Assembly (NCBI RefSeq): GCF_009914755.1
Contig: NC_060938.1
Direction: 5' to 3' (one strand)
DNA: 64,000 bases
From: the human T2T-CHM13v2.0 reference genome, Homo sapiens
The notes beneath the pieces were generated by a model. That model worked only from the letters and a program-made list of their open reading frames with translations, did not search any database and was not told the origin of the DNA. Numbering within the stretch: the first letter of the stretch is position 1; the number at the start of each line of letters is the position of its first letter. Below, piece by piece: positions 1-14,975 of the stretch. Made by a program: the position numbers and the translations under genes.

Positions 1-999
1 GCACAGAATATGGAACAAAGATTCCATTTATTCAGTAGTTGTAGGTTTTAGTTTTTACTTCTTCTCTGAGGCTATTTTGATATTTTAAGTGTTTTTCGGA
101 ACATTTTTTATCTAATCTTTCAGCTTTATTCGTATAAATTTGCTCATTTTGTTGATAATGTGAACAAGTAAAATGTAACATAATCTATGTCCCCTTTTTA
201 TACTGAATACTGTTTTTTCATCTCTTAATCATTCTTGTTAGGTGGTGGTGAATTTATCTTTTCAAATAATCAGCTCCAGGTTGAGTTTATCTTAGCTACT
301 ATCTCTTTGTGAAAAATATATTTTTCAGTTGAATACAATTAAATTTGAAGTGATCTGAAATTATATCATCAATTTATATACAATAGAAGACATATCTGGC
401 TAGATTACCAATATGAGTAATTTTCTAATAAAATTCACTCTTGGTAGGGAAGATCAATTGTAAGATTTTTGAATTAATAAAAAAGAAAGATTTTTTAAGA
501 GATTTTTTACAAGCATGGCTAGATGGATGATTGTTATTCTTCAATTAAGGCATATTTCTGTCTTAAGTACCACAATTATTCCTTAGGAATCAATGTCTTC
601 TTTCCTCTTCATTGTCTGTCATATATTAATAACAGGTACTCAGTCTTATGTCTTAAGTTGAATAAGTGAAGGAGGCAAACTAACGCATTTTTATGTTCTG
701 TCATTTTTTTATTTCAGTTGTATTCTTCTCATCTTTATTGACTAATTCCAGAAATAAATATTCAGCACTATTCTGGGACATGACAACACACTTGTAAATA
801 GCAACAGGAAGGTCCTGATTCCCAGAGCTTACATTCTTTCATGAGGAAAGTTCGAAAATAGACAAGTAAAGAAATAAAGACAATGCCAAATAGAGGGGAA
901 GGAGCATACTATCTGAAGTGGTTATCAAAGATATCTCTGAAAATATATTTCTGATACCAAAATTATGAAAATGAACCAGTCATGAGAAAATAAACTACT

Positions 1000-1272
1000 G
1001 GCCAGGCACAGCAGCTCACACCTGGAATTCTAGCACTTTGGGAAGCCAAGGCAGATGGATTGCCTGAGTTCAAGACCAGCCTGGGCCACATGGCGAAGCC
1101 ATATCTCTACTAAAAATACAAAAAATTAGCTGGGCGTGGTGGCCTGTGCCTGTAATCTCAGCTACTCAGGAGGCTGAGGCATGAGAATTGCTTGAACCTG
1201 GGAGGCAGAGGTTGCAGTGAGCCAAGATCATGCCACTGAACTCCAGCCCTAGGCCACAGAGTGAGACTCCGT
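1000..1272 (+). mobile_element. Alu (AluS-like); A-tail replaced by purine microsatellite
   Basis: GGCCAGGCACAGCAGCTCAC...GTGAGACTCCGT dimeric Alu body, followed directly by (GGAA)n. Confidence 0.95.
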
Positions 1273-1387
1273 GGAAGGAAGGAAGGAAGGAAGGAAGGAA
1301 GGAAGGAAGGAAGGAAGGAAGGAAGGGGAGAGAGGGGAGAGAGGGGGGAGGGGGAGAGAGGGGGGAGGGAGAGAGAGAGAGAGAAAG

Positions 1388-1438
<51 letters not shown>

Positions 1439-1592
1439 GAAAGAAAGAAAGAAAGAAAGGAAGGAAGGAAGGAAGGAAGGAAGGAAGGAAGGAAGGAAGG
1501 AAGGAAGGAAGGGGAGAGAGGGGAGAGAGGGGGGAGAGGGGAGAGAGGGGGGAGAGGGGAGAGAGGGGGGAGGGAGAGAGAGAGAGAGAAAG

Positions 1593-1634
<42 letters not shown>

Positions 1635-1693
1635 GAAGGAAGGAAGGAAGGAAGGAAGGAAGGAAGGAAGGAAGGAAGGAAGGAAGGAAGGAA
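1273..1693 (+). repeat. Compound polypurine microsatellite: (GGAA)13, G-rich, (GA)n, (GAAA)n twice, then (GGAA)15
   Basis: Read directly; no pyrimidine on the + strand between 1273 and 1693. Confidence 0.98.
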
Positions 1694-2462
1694 CTGGGAA
1701 TGCATTTGAAAGAAAAGTCTATAATGAATACAAAGACCAAAGAGATTGGCATGTTTGAGTAAGAGCAGGAACCCAGGGAAGAAGAGGGGCCCTGAAGATG
1801 ATGGAGTACGTAGGAGTCAGATCACATCATGCCTTGTAGGCCAAGGTTTGTTTTGATCCTGAACACAGTAGCAAGTTACTATACATTTTTTATTATTTTG
1901 CTTTTTGTTTATATTTATGTTTTAACAGATTGTTATGACCTAATTTCCCTTTTTAAAAGATCATTTTAAAACACTTTGGCAACTTTGTTCCTATTCTCAC
2001 TGCTTTACAAGCTATTCTTTGCATAATTAATAACTTATAATTTTTATTTTTCTTACTGTCCTTGTCCAGTTTTATGGCAAAGTAATACTAGCCCTTGAGA
2101 ATGTATTTGCAAAGAATGGCTTGTAAGGTGGTAAGAGTAGGGTTAAAGATGCCAATTCAGTTTAAAGATAATGGGTTTGAACTAGCACAATGACAGTGAA
2201 GATGGTGAGAAGTGAGCCAATTAAAGACACAATTTAGAGGTAGAACAATCATGATTTATTGATGAATTAAATGTGAGTGGTGGGGAGAAATTAAGGATAG
2301 TAAATAAAGGATAAATCCATGGTTTGGGTCTTGAGAAGAGGAATACTAGAACAATATTATGACACATTTCAATACAGTTATCAAGATGCCAAATTTATTT
2401 CCACTAATTATATTGCACAGAAATTTTCCTGACAGTACATAGACATTAAAGTACAATGTACA

Positions 2463-2788
<326 letters not shown>

Positions 2789-3489
2789 TTAATTATGGGT
2801 CCAGAGAATTTGGTACAACTCTTATAAAGCTCACTCACTGCACAAGACATTCTCTCAAACGAAAATTATAAAATTTAAACAAATGATTGTGAGCATTAAA
2901 TTAGATAACAAGGGCAAAAGTAACCAGCACAATAACAGCACATAAAAATTGGTAAGATCTGGATCTATATATATTCTGATCACCTCAGTGAGTGATGGAA
3001 GATATCCTGGTACCCTTGGATTAATTTTGACCTTTTACTCTCTTCAGATGTAGAGACTGAGGACCATCGTATTCTGAAGGGTGCTAAGTTGATCTATTAT
3101 CTCAAGTGAATTACTTCTTCAGAAGCTTAATTTTGTCAATTTTCATACTGAATGTATTTAACTTGAAGTAATTTTTGGATGCTATTGTTGCATTTTCTAA
3201 AATGTGTCACACTTTAAACTGTCAAAAGAGAAATATAAGGAAGGCATTGAATAATTTAATGTTAGATTGTTTAGGGGTAAACTCCATCTTAATGCTTCCT
3301 TATGATTTGGGCAAATCAAATATCTCTAAGCTCAAGTTTTCATAATAGCAGACAATGACAGTTGAAATAGATAATCTTTTAAACTGCATTTACATATTGC
3401 CTTCCTTACTAATACTTGTTAATTGGATAATGAGTTTACAGGCATAAAAATCCTTTGTGAATTGTAAAATATTAATGAAATAATTCCCT

Positions 3490-5100
3490 GCAAATGTTTA
3501 TTGACCATTTATTAAATCCAAGACCAAGCACAACTGCTCTGTCAGAGCCAATAAAATAGTAGTAGAGAAACAAGCAATAATTGAATAAATGAATCAATAA
3601 AAACACAAGACAATGATTAAGCGTCTAGAAGGTAAGAAATGGATAACAACGTGGAGTGAGTGGGTAATTTTAGTCAGTGTAGGCCCCACTAAGAAATAAT
3701 TTCAACAGAGAGTTGAAACATGAAAACAATTCAGCCTTACAATCCAACGAAAACTAAAGGAGACTTCCAAAAATAACAGTAAATATAAATGTCTAAGATG
3801 AGAATAAGTATGGATTGTCAGAGAAAAAAATAGAAAAGCTAAAGTGGGCAGAGAAAGGAAACTGGGTAGAGAATAGCACAGTAAGACATGAGAGTAGGCA
3901 GGGGCCATATCATTTATGACTTCATAGGCTGTGGAACATAATTTGGATTTTTATTATAAGAGAAAATTATTAGAAGATTATAGCAATAAAATAACCAGTT
4001 GGTATAGGGGAAAGATTAGAGACAAAGGGACCATTTAGAAGACTAGTAATCATGAAGGTAGTAGTCATAGAGAAGATGAAAAGTAATGAAGTTTGGGAAA
4101 TATAGGGTTCACAAGAATTGCTGATGAATTGGATACATGAAAAATGGAAGTCAACAGTAACTTCTATTTTTCTTTAATAACTGGATCAATGATGGCATCA
4201 TTTACTGAGATGTTAAAGGCCAGAAGAGTAGCAGGATGACAGGAGGTGTGGGATGGAGCCAAAATTGAGAGGGACACTTGGGATAAATTAGCTTTAGTAT
4301 GCCTACTGCATATCCACATGCAGTTGGTGAAAAGGAAAGAGAGTCAGGTACATCATTGTGAAGCTGAGAGGTTAGGACTAGATATCCAAACTGGATAGTC
4401 ATGCATATAGGATGGTATGAAAATCCAAGGAACTATGTCAGATCACATAAGGAGAAGGTGTGGACATGAAAGGTTGAATTATTTTTGTTATTTAAAGGTT
4501 GGGAAAAGGACAATTCAGCAGAAGAGATTAAGAAATAGGATAAAAGGAAGAAAGAATGGTCTTCCAAGAGACAAGTAAAGGAAGTGAAATTTCAAGAAGA
4601 AAGAGTAATCAACTATGTAAATCCTGCTGGGAATTTCAAAGTTGAAAAAAAAGAATTGCCCATTGGACTTATCAAGATTGACAATATTGGTGACTTTGAC
4701 AAAAGCAATTTCAATGGATTAATGAACAAAAGTTTAACTGAAGTGGATAGAAAAGAAAATGGGAGGACAGACAATTAGAGACAGTGTGCTAGAATATATG
4801 TTTGTAGAAGAGCAGAGAAATGGGGTTAAGAGCTAAAAGAAGATGTGGGGACTAGGACTCATTTTTAAGAGGAAGATATTCTCATTGTTTTAATTTTGGT
4901 GGTGATTTTCAGATGGAAGAAATGAAATTGATTATGAGACAAACTAAGCTGTGATTACATGATCAAAATCCTTAAGTTGACCAAAGTATCTAATAACCCA
5001 CAAGTAGAAAAAAATTGGCTTCCTATGGACACAGAGGAGAGTTTTATTTTGACAAGAAGGAAGAGGATGTACATGGGTACAGATGAAGACGGTATGTGGA
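3490..5100 (-). mobile_element. L2 LINE relic (fragmented)
   Basis: CAAATGTTTATTGA L2 3'-end-like motif and purine-rich, degraded L2-like text; boundaries approximate. Confidence 0.6.
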
Positions 5101-5184
5101 TCAATGTCTATTCACAAATATCTTCATCTCAACCTCCTTCCCCTGTCAGAGCTGTCTGTATATGGTGGTTAAAAGTGTAGGCGA

Positions 5185-5700
<516 letters not shown>

Positions 5701-5767
5701 TTATGTCACTATATCCAACTGCTTATTCTACATTGCTACGTGGTTGTCTGAATATCTAGTACCAAGC

Positions 5768-6067
5768 ATTTTTTTGTTTGTTTGTTGGAGATGGAGTCTC
5801 GCTCTGTCTCCCAGGCTCCAGTGCAGTGCCGCTATCTTGGCTCACTACAACCTCTGCCTCCCGGATTCAAGCAATTATCCTGCCTCAGCCTCCTGAGTAT
5901 CTGGGATTACAGGCACACACCGCCACGCCCGGCTAATTTTTGTATTTTTAGTAGAGGCGGGGTTTCACCATATTGGCCAGGTTGGTCTCAAACTCTTGAC
6001 ATGGTGATCTACCCGTCTCAGCCTCCCAAAGTGCTGGGATTACAGGCGTGAGCCACCGCGCCTGACC
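5768..6067 (-). mobile_element. Alu (AluS)
   Basis: Reverse-complement full Alu; TSD TAGTACCAAGCAT. Confidence 0.96.
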
Positions 6068-7996
6068 TAGTACCAAGCATCTTAAGCACAGCATGTCTAA
6101 AACCAAATATGCAATAAGTTCCTAAATTTGTGAATGCAAAGCCAGAAAAGGGTGTTCCTAAACCAAAACCCAGCTAATATTTGCCTGAATTTATTTTCTT
6201 TTTCTTATCCTTTTTATCTTCTCTGGAATTTATCAACAATAATAAGTGCTATTACTTCTAACAAGCATTTCAAAACTTGAGATACTATTTTTCTAATCTA
6301 CAATTTAATTCATGGTGAAATAGAAAGTAATATCAATTTAGAAATCATTTGTATTTTTCCCTCCATACCTAATGTAAGCCATTGTAATAGCTTCTCAAAA
6401 ACCTTTTAGTCATACTAAAATTGTGTTGGTGTCTCATGATTTGGCACAGAGTCAATTTATAAGTATAAAAACCTGAAGTATTCTGTACCTAACTTGAAAG
6501 TGGATATAAATGCTGAAGTGTGCTTTAATGCAGTCACATGTAATGAAACCTAAAACTTAATTTTAACTTAATAAAATATTTTTTAAATCGAAATGTCTTT
6601 TCCTTTCAATTGGGAATATTTTCATTTTAATTATATTTCATTAAGGAGAAGAAAAAACATATTCTGACAGCTAAATGACAACTTTAAATATTTTCTACCA
6701 AATATTTCAAGAATGTTTTGATAAAATAAATTAGAATAATCTGAAACTGGCCAATTTTAATTTAGATTTTCATATTTATCAAGTATGTCATATTGTTTTA
6801 CTAAAAAGAGTAAGTGTTCTTAGGAAATGAAATCTTACCAAATTATAAGATATAATAATCACTATCAGCAATTAATGACCTATAACCAAAATGGACATAT
6901 AAAATTTTAAACCTTATAATGAAATACTCCTAGGAACAATATTAGGTAAATGTACTTCAAGATTATTGAAGTTATTATTTAATTAGGTGGTTACTGTGGC
7001 ACATACATTTATATTTCCTCTAAAAAGCTTCCAGAGAAGTAGTTTCACTCTCTTTGATTGTCTTTTAGTAAAAACAAAAAAAGCAAATAGAATCAAGCTG
7101 TTTATATACAATAATATACTATACATTAAATTGTGTATTATATAGAATCCTAAAATAAGATTTCACTAATGCTAATTATTGGGTATTATATTGAGTGTTG
7201 GAAACAATGTACCTTAAATATATTTAACCAAGAATATTTCATATAAACACTAGAAGACAGCAAAATTGAATTATCTCTAATTGTCATTAATATAAACCCC
7301 CTTTTACATAATATACTTTTAAGAACCCAAGTAAAAACAACTGAAAAAGTATTCATAGATCTAAGGATATTAATGACACGTATATTGTCTAATGCTCTTT
7401 GTACCACATCTGAAGAAAGACCATGCCCTTCACAAAACAAGATTAGAAAGGAGAAACAAAGAGAATAGGTTTAAACATACAAAACTGCCAAGATTTGGTC
7501 ATGTTTTTAACTACAAATATATTTTTATATGATTCAGCTTATTATATGACAGCAAGAGCGTGGCAAATACATTAATCAGTTTTTTTATGTGTTTGAGATA
7601 CAAGGACTTAATTTTCCAGTTGTTAACAAATGGATAGAATCTAAATTTTGTAAGTAACTCAAGCTTTTAAAAAGTCTGAAGTCACATATGTATCTAACCT
7701 TGAAATTGATCAATTCAATTTTAGGGAATCATGTGGAAGAAAGAAAACTGAATAAATTTTTACCCTAAGATGAAGAAGTTAAACATTCAATTTTGGTTCC
7801 ATTATTATCTAAGAAACCATAGTTTATAACAGATTACAATTTTTATTTTATTTTAAAGAGCATTTTTTCCACTTTCACCTAACCATTTCCTCAAAAGTTT
7901 TCATGTGCTACCTTAGAAACTTCACATTAAGTAATCATCTATTGTGTACCACACTGGTTTTTTTCTAGGTACATCTCTCCTCTAATCTTGTCTTCA

Positions 7997-8853
7997 TTTT
8001 AATTTTTATCAATATGTAATGATTGTACATATTTATGGGGTACTGTGATATTTTGATACATGCATACAAGCTATAGTGATCAAGTCAGGGCATTTAGGAT
8101 ATCTGTCACCTCAAATATCATTTCTTTGTGTTGCAAATAGTTCAAATCTTGCTTGTAAATATTTTGAAATCTACAATAAATTGACTATAGTTACCCCACT
8201 CTGCTATCAAGCAATAGAACTTAATCCTTCTAGCTATGTTTATACCCATTAACCAACCCCTCTTCACTCCCTCCCCTCCCCCCACACACTCTTGCCAGCC
8301 TCTAGTAACTATCATTCTAATCTACACCTCCATGAGATCAACATTTTTAGCTCCCATATCAGAATGAAAACATGTGCTATTTGTCTTTCTGTGCCTAGCT
8401 TATTTAACTTATTGATCTCCAGTTCCATCCATGTTGCTGCAAATGACAAGATTGTATTCTTTGTTATGGCTAACTAGTATTATCTTATGTTTTTTATCCA
8501 TATCTATTCCGTATGTTCTTTATCCATTCATGTCTTGATGGATACTTAAGTTGCTTCCATATCTTGGCTATTGTGAATAGTGCCTCAATAAACATGGGTG
8601 CAAGTACCTCTTTGATACATGGATTTCCTTTCCTTTCCTTTGGGTGAATACCAAGTAGAGGGATAGTTGGATCATATGGTAGTTCTATTTTCAGTATTTT
8701 GAAAAACATTTATCTGTTATCCATAATGGCTCTGATAATGTACATTCCCACCAACCATGTGTAAGAGTTACCTTTCCTCTGCATCCTTGCCAGCATTTGC
8801 TATTATTTCGTCTTTTCTATTACAACCATTCTAAATGAGGTGAGATGATATTT
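7997..8853 (-). mobile_element. L1MA-like 3' UTR and ORF2 end (non-inverted part)
   Basis: TTGTACATATTTATGGGGTAC L1MA 3' end in reverse; ORF 8494-8709 (LKIELPYDPTIPLLGIHPKE) is L1 ORF2 C-terminus. Confidence 0.9.
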
Positions 8854-9536
8854 AAAGTAACCAAAACAGCATGGTATTGGTATAAAAATAGGTACATAGA
8901 CCAAAAGAACATAATACAGAACCCAGAAATAAATCCACATATTTACAGCCAACTGATTTTCAACAAAGGTGCCAAGGACATACATTGGGGGAAAGACACC
9001 CTCTTCAATAAATTATTCTGAAGAAACTGGATATCAACATGCAGAAGAGTGAAACTAAACCCATCTCTTATCATACACAAAAATTAACTCAAAATGGATT
9101 AAAGACTTCGATACAAGACCCAAAACTATAAAACCTCTACTAGACAAAAACATATGGAAAATGTGTCAGGACATTAATCTAGACAAATATTTTATGGCTA
9201 AGACATCAAAAGCACAGGCAACAAAAACAAAAATAGACAAATGTGACCGCATTAAACCAAAAAGCTTCTGCACAGCAAAGGAAACAACAGAATAAAGAGA
9301 CAACCTGTAGAATGGGAGAAAATATTAGCAAACTATTCATTCAAGGACTAATATCCAGAATATGCAAGGAACTTCACAGCAAAAATAGAAAATAAAAATA
9401 AAAAATAATACTCCCCTTAAAAAATGAACAAAGGACACAAGTAGACATTTCTCAAAGACATACAAATGGCCAAAGAGTATATGAAAAATTCTCAACATCA
9501 CTAATCATCAGGTAAATGTAAATCAAAACCACATTG
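8854..9536 (+). mobile_element. L1 ORF2 segment, inverted 5' part of the same L1MA insertion
   Basis: GTAACCAAAACAGCATGGTATTGG...CAACATCACTAATCATCAGG sense L1 ORF2 sequence abutting the antisense part. Confidence 0.9.
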
Positions 9537-11739
9537 GCTTTTTAATATAAGCTTAATATTATCTGACTACTTAGAAATTTAACTTAGAGGAAATACAATT
9601 GTGGGAAAACGTAACTATTTTAAAACTGCTGCTCAGTAAGTCCTCAGTATCAAGGAACTGGTTAAGAATCCACCATCCTGCTGCCTGACCCTGTCTTCTA
9701 TCATTCCCCAGGAAAGAAAGGTCTTTCCATCTATGGTCTTGGGAAATTGAAAGAAGTTATGCTTCAATGAGACTAGCAATTGTGGTTCAACAAAAATCAG
9801 TAAAGGGTCAACAGGTTCAGTCTGATCTTTCTTCTTTAATATTTGCAGACCTTAAATATAGAAGTCTCACAGGTGCAATATTTAAAGCTAAGCAGAAAGG
9901 AGAAGTTGGGAACACATTTAATAATGCTACCTCCACAAATTTCCTGTATGTGCTAACAATCATGACTCCAATAATTTAGGTAGCAGGTCTTACCTGCCTT
10001 TTACTTATACATACACATTCAGAAAATCCTTGAAGGAAAATTCACAAGAAACATGCTAATTCACAAAATGTCAAGTTTGCTTTTTGTTCACTAAAATTAA
10101 ATGAGACAAATCTCAAAGAGGGTAATTATATTACTAGTGTATATGTGAAATTAAATGTTAGTTATCATGTCAAAGGCAAAAAAAAAAGTCTTCACAATAA
10201 ATAATGTTTTTCTGTTTTTAAAGTGCTTTTACATGTTATTTCATTTTACCATTACTAACATAAGGTACATATAATCTCACTTTACTATTGATGAAAAGCA
10301 GGCTTTAATGGATTAGGTTTGTCCAAGCTCACATGGCAAGTAGCAGAAATAAAACTCAAATACTTATTATCTGATTACATATCTCTCTTTAATATTGTAG
10401 ACTATTTTAACAAGATTACTAAACACATTATGAAATATACAAAGCGATCCTACTAAATCTTAAACACTTTTTGTATTTTCTGCAAATTATGATGCTATCA
10501 TTTAGTCCTTGACTTTTGGGGACTTGATTGCAGTCAATTCCTGTTACCATTTGGTGGTTATGATCACAGTCACTGAGGAATACATGACATCCCTGAAGTC
10601 ACAATATCAAGTGACTCATAGTTGTATTTCAGCTCTAAAGGAGAACTAACTTGTGTTGTTGAGAGAGGACTCTGGGTGACAAAATAGAACCAAGCAAACA
10701 AACAAACCAATAAATAAATAAAATGAAAATATAATAAGACAAAACAAAAATAAACAAGACAAAAAAACAAAAAAATTATGAAATCCAGCTTTTGCACAGC
10801 TATGCCAATCTCTAGTAAATAATTATTCTTCTGTACTTTTTTGTCCCTCATGCTTTTTTAATGAATGAAATTACTGATTCGGAGAAAAAAAGATAATATC
10901 AAATATAATTTCTGTCTTTACATAGTTCTCTTCCACCAGTGAAACTGGATAATTTTTTAGCTTTACAGTTGTTATAAATTTTAGCAGGTACTTTTTAAGA
11001 AAAATACATAAAAGTTAAAAATATAAAAATCTTGGTGTTTATTTTTATATTCTACTACACTTGCTTCTTGAATATGATACTTAGAAAACTAAGACCAGCA
11101 AACAGTTTTTTGACAATTACTTCACCAACTTTATCATATTTGCCTTCTACCTAATCATGTTTTGAAAAAACCATAATAATTGTTAACTTTGTTAATTTTT
11201 CTAAATAATTTTTGTTTTCTAATAGCAATATAGTAGAAGCATTAGGAATTCAATGCACATTTAAAATTCTCTTTGAGAAAACAGATGAAAGTTACAATCA
11301 AATAAATTTTGTTCTTATTGATGTGTATGTGTTTAACGGTATGACCAAATTAAAATATTAGTCCATGAATGGAATAAATAATAGAAAGGAATTGGCCAGC
11401 TGTAATGTAGATTATATGTAAGGTTAATTAATTTAGTATTCCTAACTCTGTAGACATTTGTATATAATTTTAAGAATATTAAAACGGAATCTCAGTAAAA
11501 AATGCAGTGCTAGAGATACAGAAGTTGATACTCCTAGAGCAATGTACCATTTAGCCTTCATTGGGAAGACAAGAATATTGTTGTGCAGTGGACTGGAGGG
11601 AACTTGAATTAGTTCACTCAATTAAGTCATGATTAATTTATGTTAGATCCTGCTCTCCTGAGTCTATAAAATCCAAGAGACATTAGTTAACCAGCAGTAT
11701 TTAGTTTAATAAAAGTAAAGTCTTTAAAAATGAATTCTA

Positions 11740-12061
<322 letters not shown>

Positions 12062-12832
12062 TTACTACTGACATAATCAATAGACAGCAAGATTCCTATT
12101 CTAATCTGAGTCAAGGGAAGTTAAAATAAATTTAGAAATTAGTAAGAACAAGGTTGTTCCCTTCAAATGGATTACCAAATTTCCCAAATAGTTATTAGCA
12201 TGGCTTATACAGTAGCTCTTCCCTGACGTGTGATAAACTTTAAGTATGCACAAGAGCAAAGACTTTGCAGCAAGAATTGCCACTAGTGATAAGTTCATGT
12301 TCTCTCTTGGTCTAAATAGAAACAGTCAGTTGCTAACACCTTCAGTCAAAAATGATTCTGCACAGGCTGTGAGTAGATTTTGATTACTCTAATTATCTAT
12401 TTGAACATAATACATGAGTCTAAGGGACCTTTGTGTATTTAGGGTATATTGAGAGAACGTGTGGTTGTAGGCATAGCTGGGTTCCTAAACCACTGAGAAA
12501 ATAATAGCGACTTACTCAGTCTCTTCAAGGAAAGAACAAAAATGAATCTTAAGGAAGATGCTTTAGCTCCAATCACAGAGTGGCTGAGATACTCTAAATA
12601 TTATGCAAAGTGTTTGACTGAAGGCAAGCATAGCACTTATAATAGATCTTTATCTACAAGAAACCAATGATGGAAGTATGCACCTTCAGGAATATCTTCT
12701 TTGATGAAGAAAAATTATGTAGCTGATTTGCGTCACATAGTTTTTCAGAAGCATTTCAATAAATCCTACCTGTGTAATCTGAGTTCTATAACAGTTATAA
12801 ATAATGTCATCATATGGGGTTGACTTTGATAG

Positions 12833-13012
<180 letters not shown>

Positions 13013-14089
13013 TAGTTAAACAGATAATTCTTCCCAAATATACTCTTATATTCACCTGAATTTAAACTCCTAACCACTTTTTGTCATTACTTTAAAAATA
13101 TTTCAGCTTAATACTGTTATATATACTTAAAACCATAGCATTTCATATAAAGTGTCTGAGATCATAACATTCCATTTTCTTTTTATTCATTTACACTTTC
13201 GATTTTTAAACATATAAAGGACAGGGGGCCATAAATGAGACTTTTTTCCAAACTGAGTACGTTTTAGTTGTTCCTAAGAATTCTGGCTAATGGCATCAAT
13301 GTCAGATATGAAGTCACTGTTCAAAAAAAATGACAATGAGAAAGACACACTCTCCATGATGGTAAATGCCTAAGTGCTCACATTATCCCTCATGAACTGC
13401 ATGCTTCAAGTAGCGATCAAGCACAGCCATCCATCCTTCTTACAGCCAATGTGGCGGAAAGTAAGAGGAGTCCCATCTTTGTGAAATACCATGTTTCATT
13501 GCCAACATGAAAGATTTTTTTTTTTTTTGCCAGAGTCATTCAGTAATGATATACTAGCTCAAAGGTGTTATTTTCAGCAGTAACTATCATAGTTTCTGTT
13601 GGTCTAGAAAATCAACAATGGCTTGCTCGCATTGAATGAAGCTTAAAGTGCACAATGAAGGAAAGGTATTTTTGACAACAATGGCACTTGTTGTGTTAGG
13701 GTCTTTAAAACAAAACCAATGGAGAAGGGTATGAAAAGTGATATGTTTTCTGCTGTGGATATGAAGATGCCCTTGTATAATGATAGACTGATGTCTCAAA
13801 AAAGGAAAATAAAACAGTGAACTGCTTTCTATGTCTCACAAAGGATAAATCACTAAAAATATCGTTTAAGAGTTGATTAGGAAAAAAAACCAGAAATATG
13901 TATATATCGTTACAAAAGTCAAGCCCTTTTGGAAGCTGTGGAAAATGGTGAAAATAGTAATTATCCCATGTGCCTAATTTTTAAAAAATTATTTTTTAGT
14001 TTCTTATAAAGGAATACCTGACCACTGTGTTTTGGAAAATAGAGATGAACCAAAAGAGAATCATTTCATAATCCATTGTCCCACTACTT

Positions 14090-14700
14090 TTTCCCCAGGG
14101 TAGTCCATTTTGTACAAAGCAATTAATGTGACCTTTTAAAATTGTTAATCTGTTCACCACCTTCTAATGTCTGTTTGGCATACCTAAAATGAAGTCTAAA
14201 TGACTCCCCATGCCTATATAGCCTAAACAACCTGGTCCCAGGCTCACTCTTTCTCACTAATTTCCCACCACTCTTCCCCTAGCTCATTCCACTCCAGCCC
14301 AGAATCCAGCAGCAATTTCTCCAGCATGCCAAGTACATTCCCACCACAGGACATTCCTGGCTGTTCCCTTGACTTGGATTGTTATTTACCCAAATACTTA
14401 CACTTTGTTCAGGTCTCTGCTCAAACATCGCCTCCTCAGCAAGGTCCTTCCTGATAACTTCCTCTAAAGAAACACCTTTACCACCACCCTTTCTCCTTTT
14501 TACCCTGCCATTTCTTAAACTCTAACACGTATCACTACTGAACTTTATATTGTATATTCATGTGTTTATCTCCATGTTGTTTATATACACTAGAATGTAA
14601 GCACCCTGAAGATGAGAACTTGGCCAGCATTCCCACTGCTGACAAAGTTCATGACCTAAAGTGTGTTCTCAATAAATATTTGCTGAATAAATGAATACCC
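14090..14700 (+). mobile_element. L2 3' end
   Basis: CTAGAATGTAAGC...CTCAATAAATATTTGCTGAATAAATGAAT canonical L2 terminus. Confidence 0.8.
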
Positions 14701-14754
14701 AAGGTTAACATTTTGGTTATAAAAGTAAAAATAAATAATATTTTGGGGTTCTTA

Positions 14755-14975
14755 TTTGGAGCCAGTCATTCTTTTAAATGCTTCATATGCATAAACTTAC
14801 TTAATCCTCCCAAACATCTGAAGAAAAAGGTGTTATTTTTTCCCACTGTATGAATGAGGAAATTGAGGCACAGGGATATTAAATAACTTGCCCCAGATAC
14901 AGTTAGAAAATGATGGAACTAGAATATTAATCTAAGCAGTCTAGCCTCAAGGCCAAAACTCTCAACCACTAGCTC
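14755..14975 (-). mobile_element. MIR
   Basis: ATGAGGAAATTGAGGCACAG...TAAATAACTTGCCC reverse MIR core. Confidence 0.8.

Noticed and set aside
1166-1762. Five overlapping 159-179 aa ORFs
   Set aside because: Translations of the GGAA/GAAA microsatellite and adjacent Alu; stop-free because of base composition
3025-3110. Strong + strand acceptor (TTTTACTCTCTTCAG) followed by ..VETEDHRILKGAKLIYYLK*
   Set aside because: No good donor, peptide not recognised, no partner exons; isolated acceptors are common
12665-12730. C/D-box snoRNA-like arrangement (ATGATGG...TGATGA...CTGA)
   Set aside because: C box mismatched, no convincing terminal stem, no recognisable guide sequence
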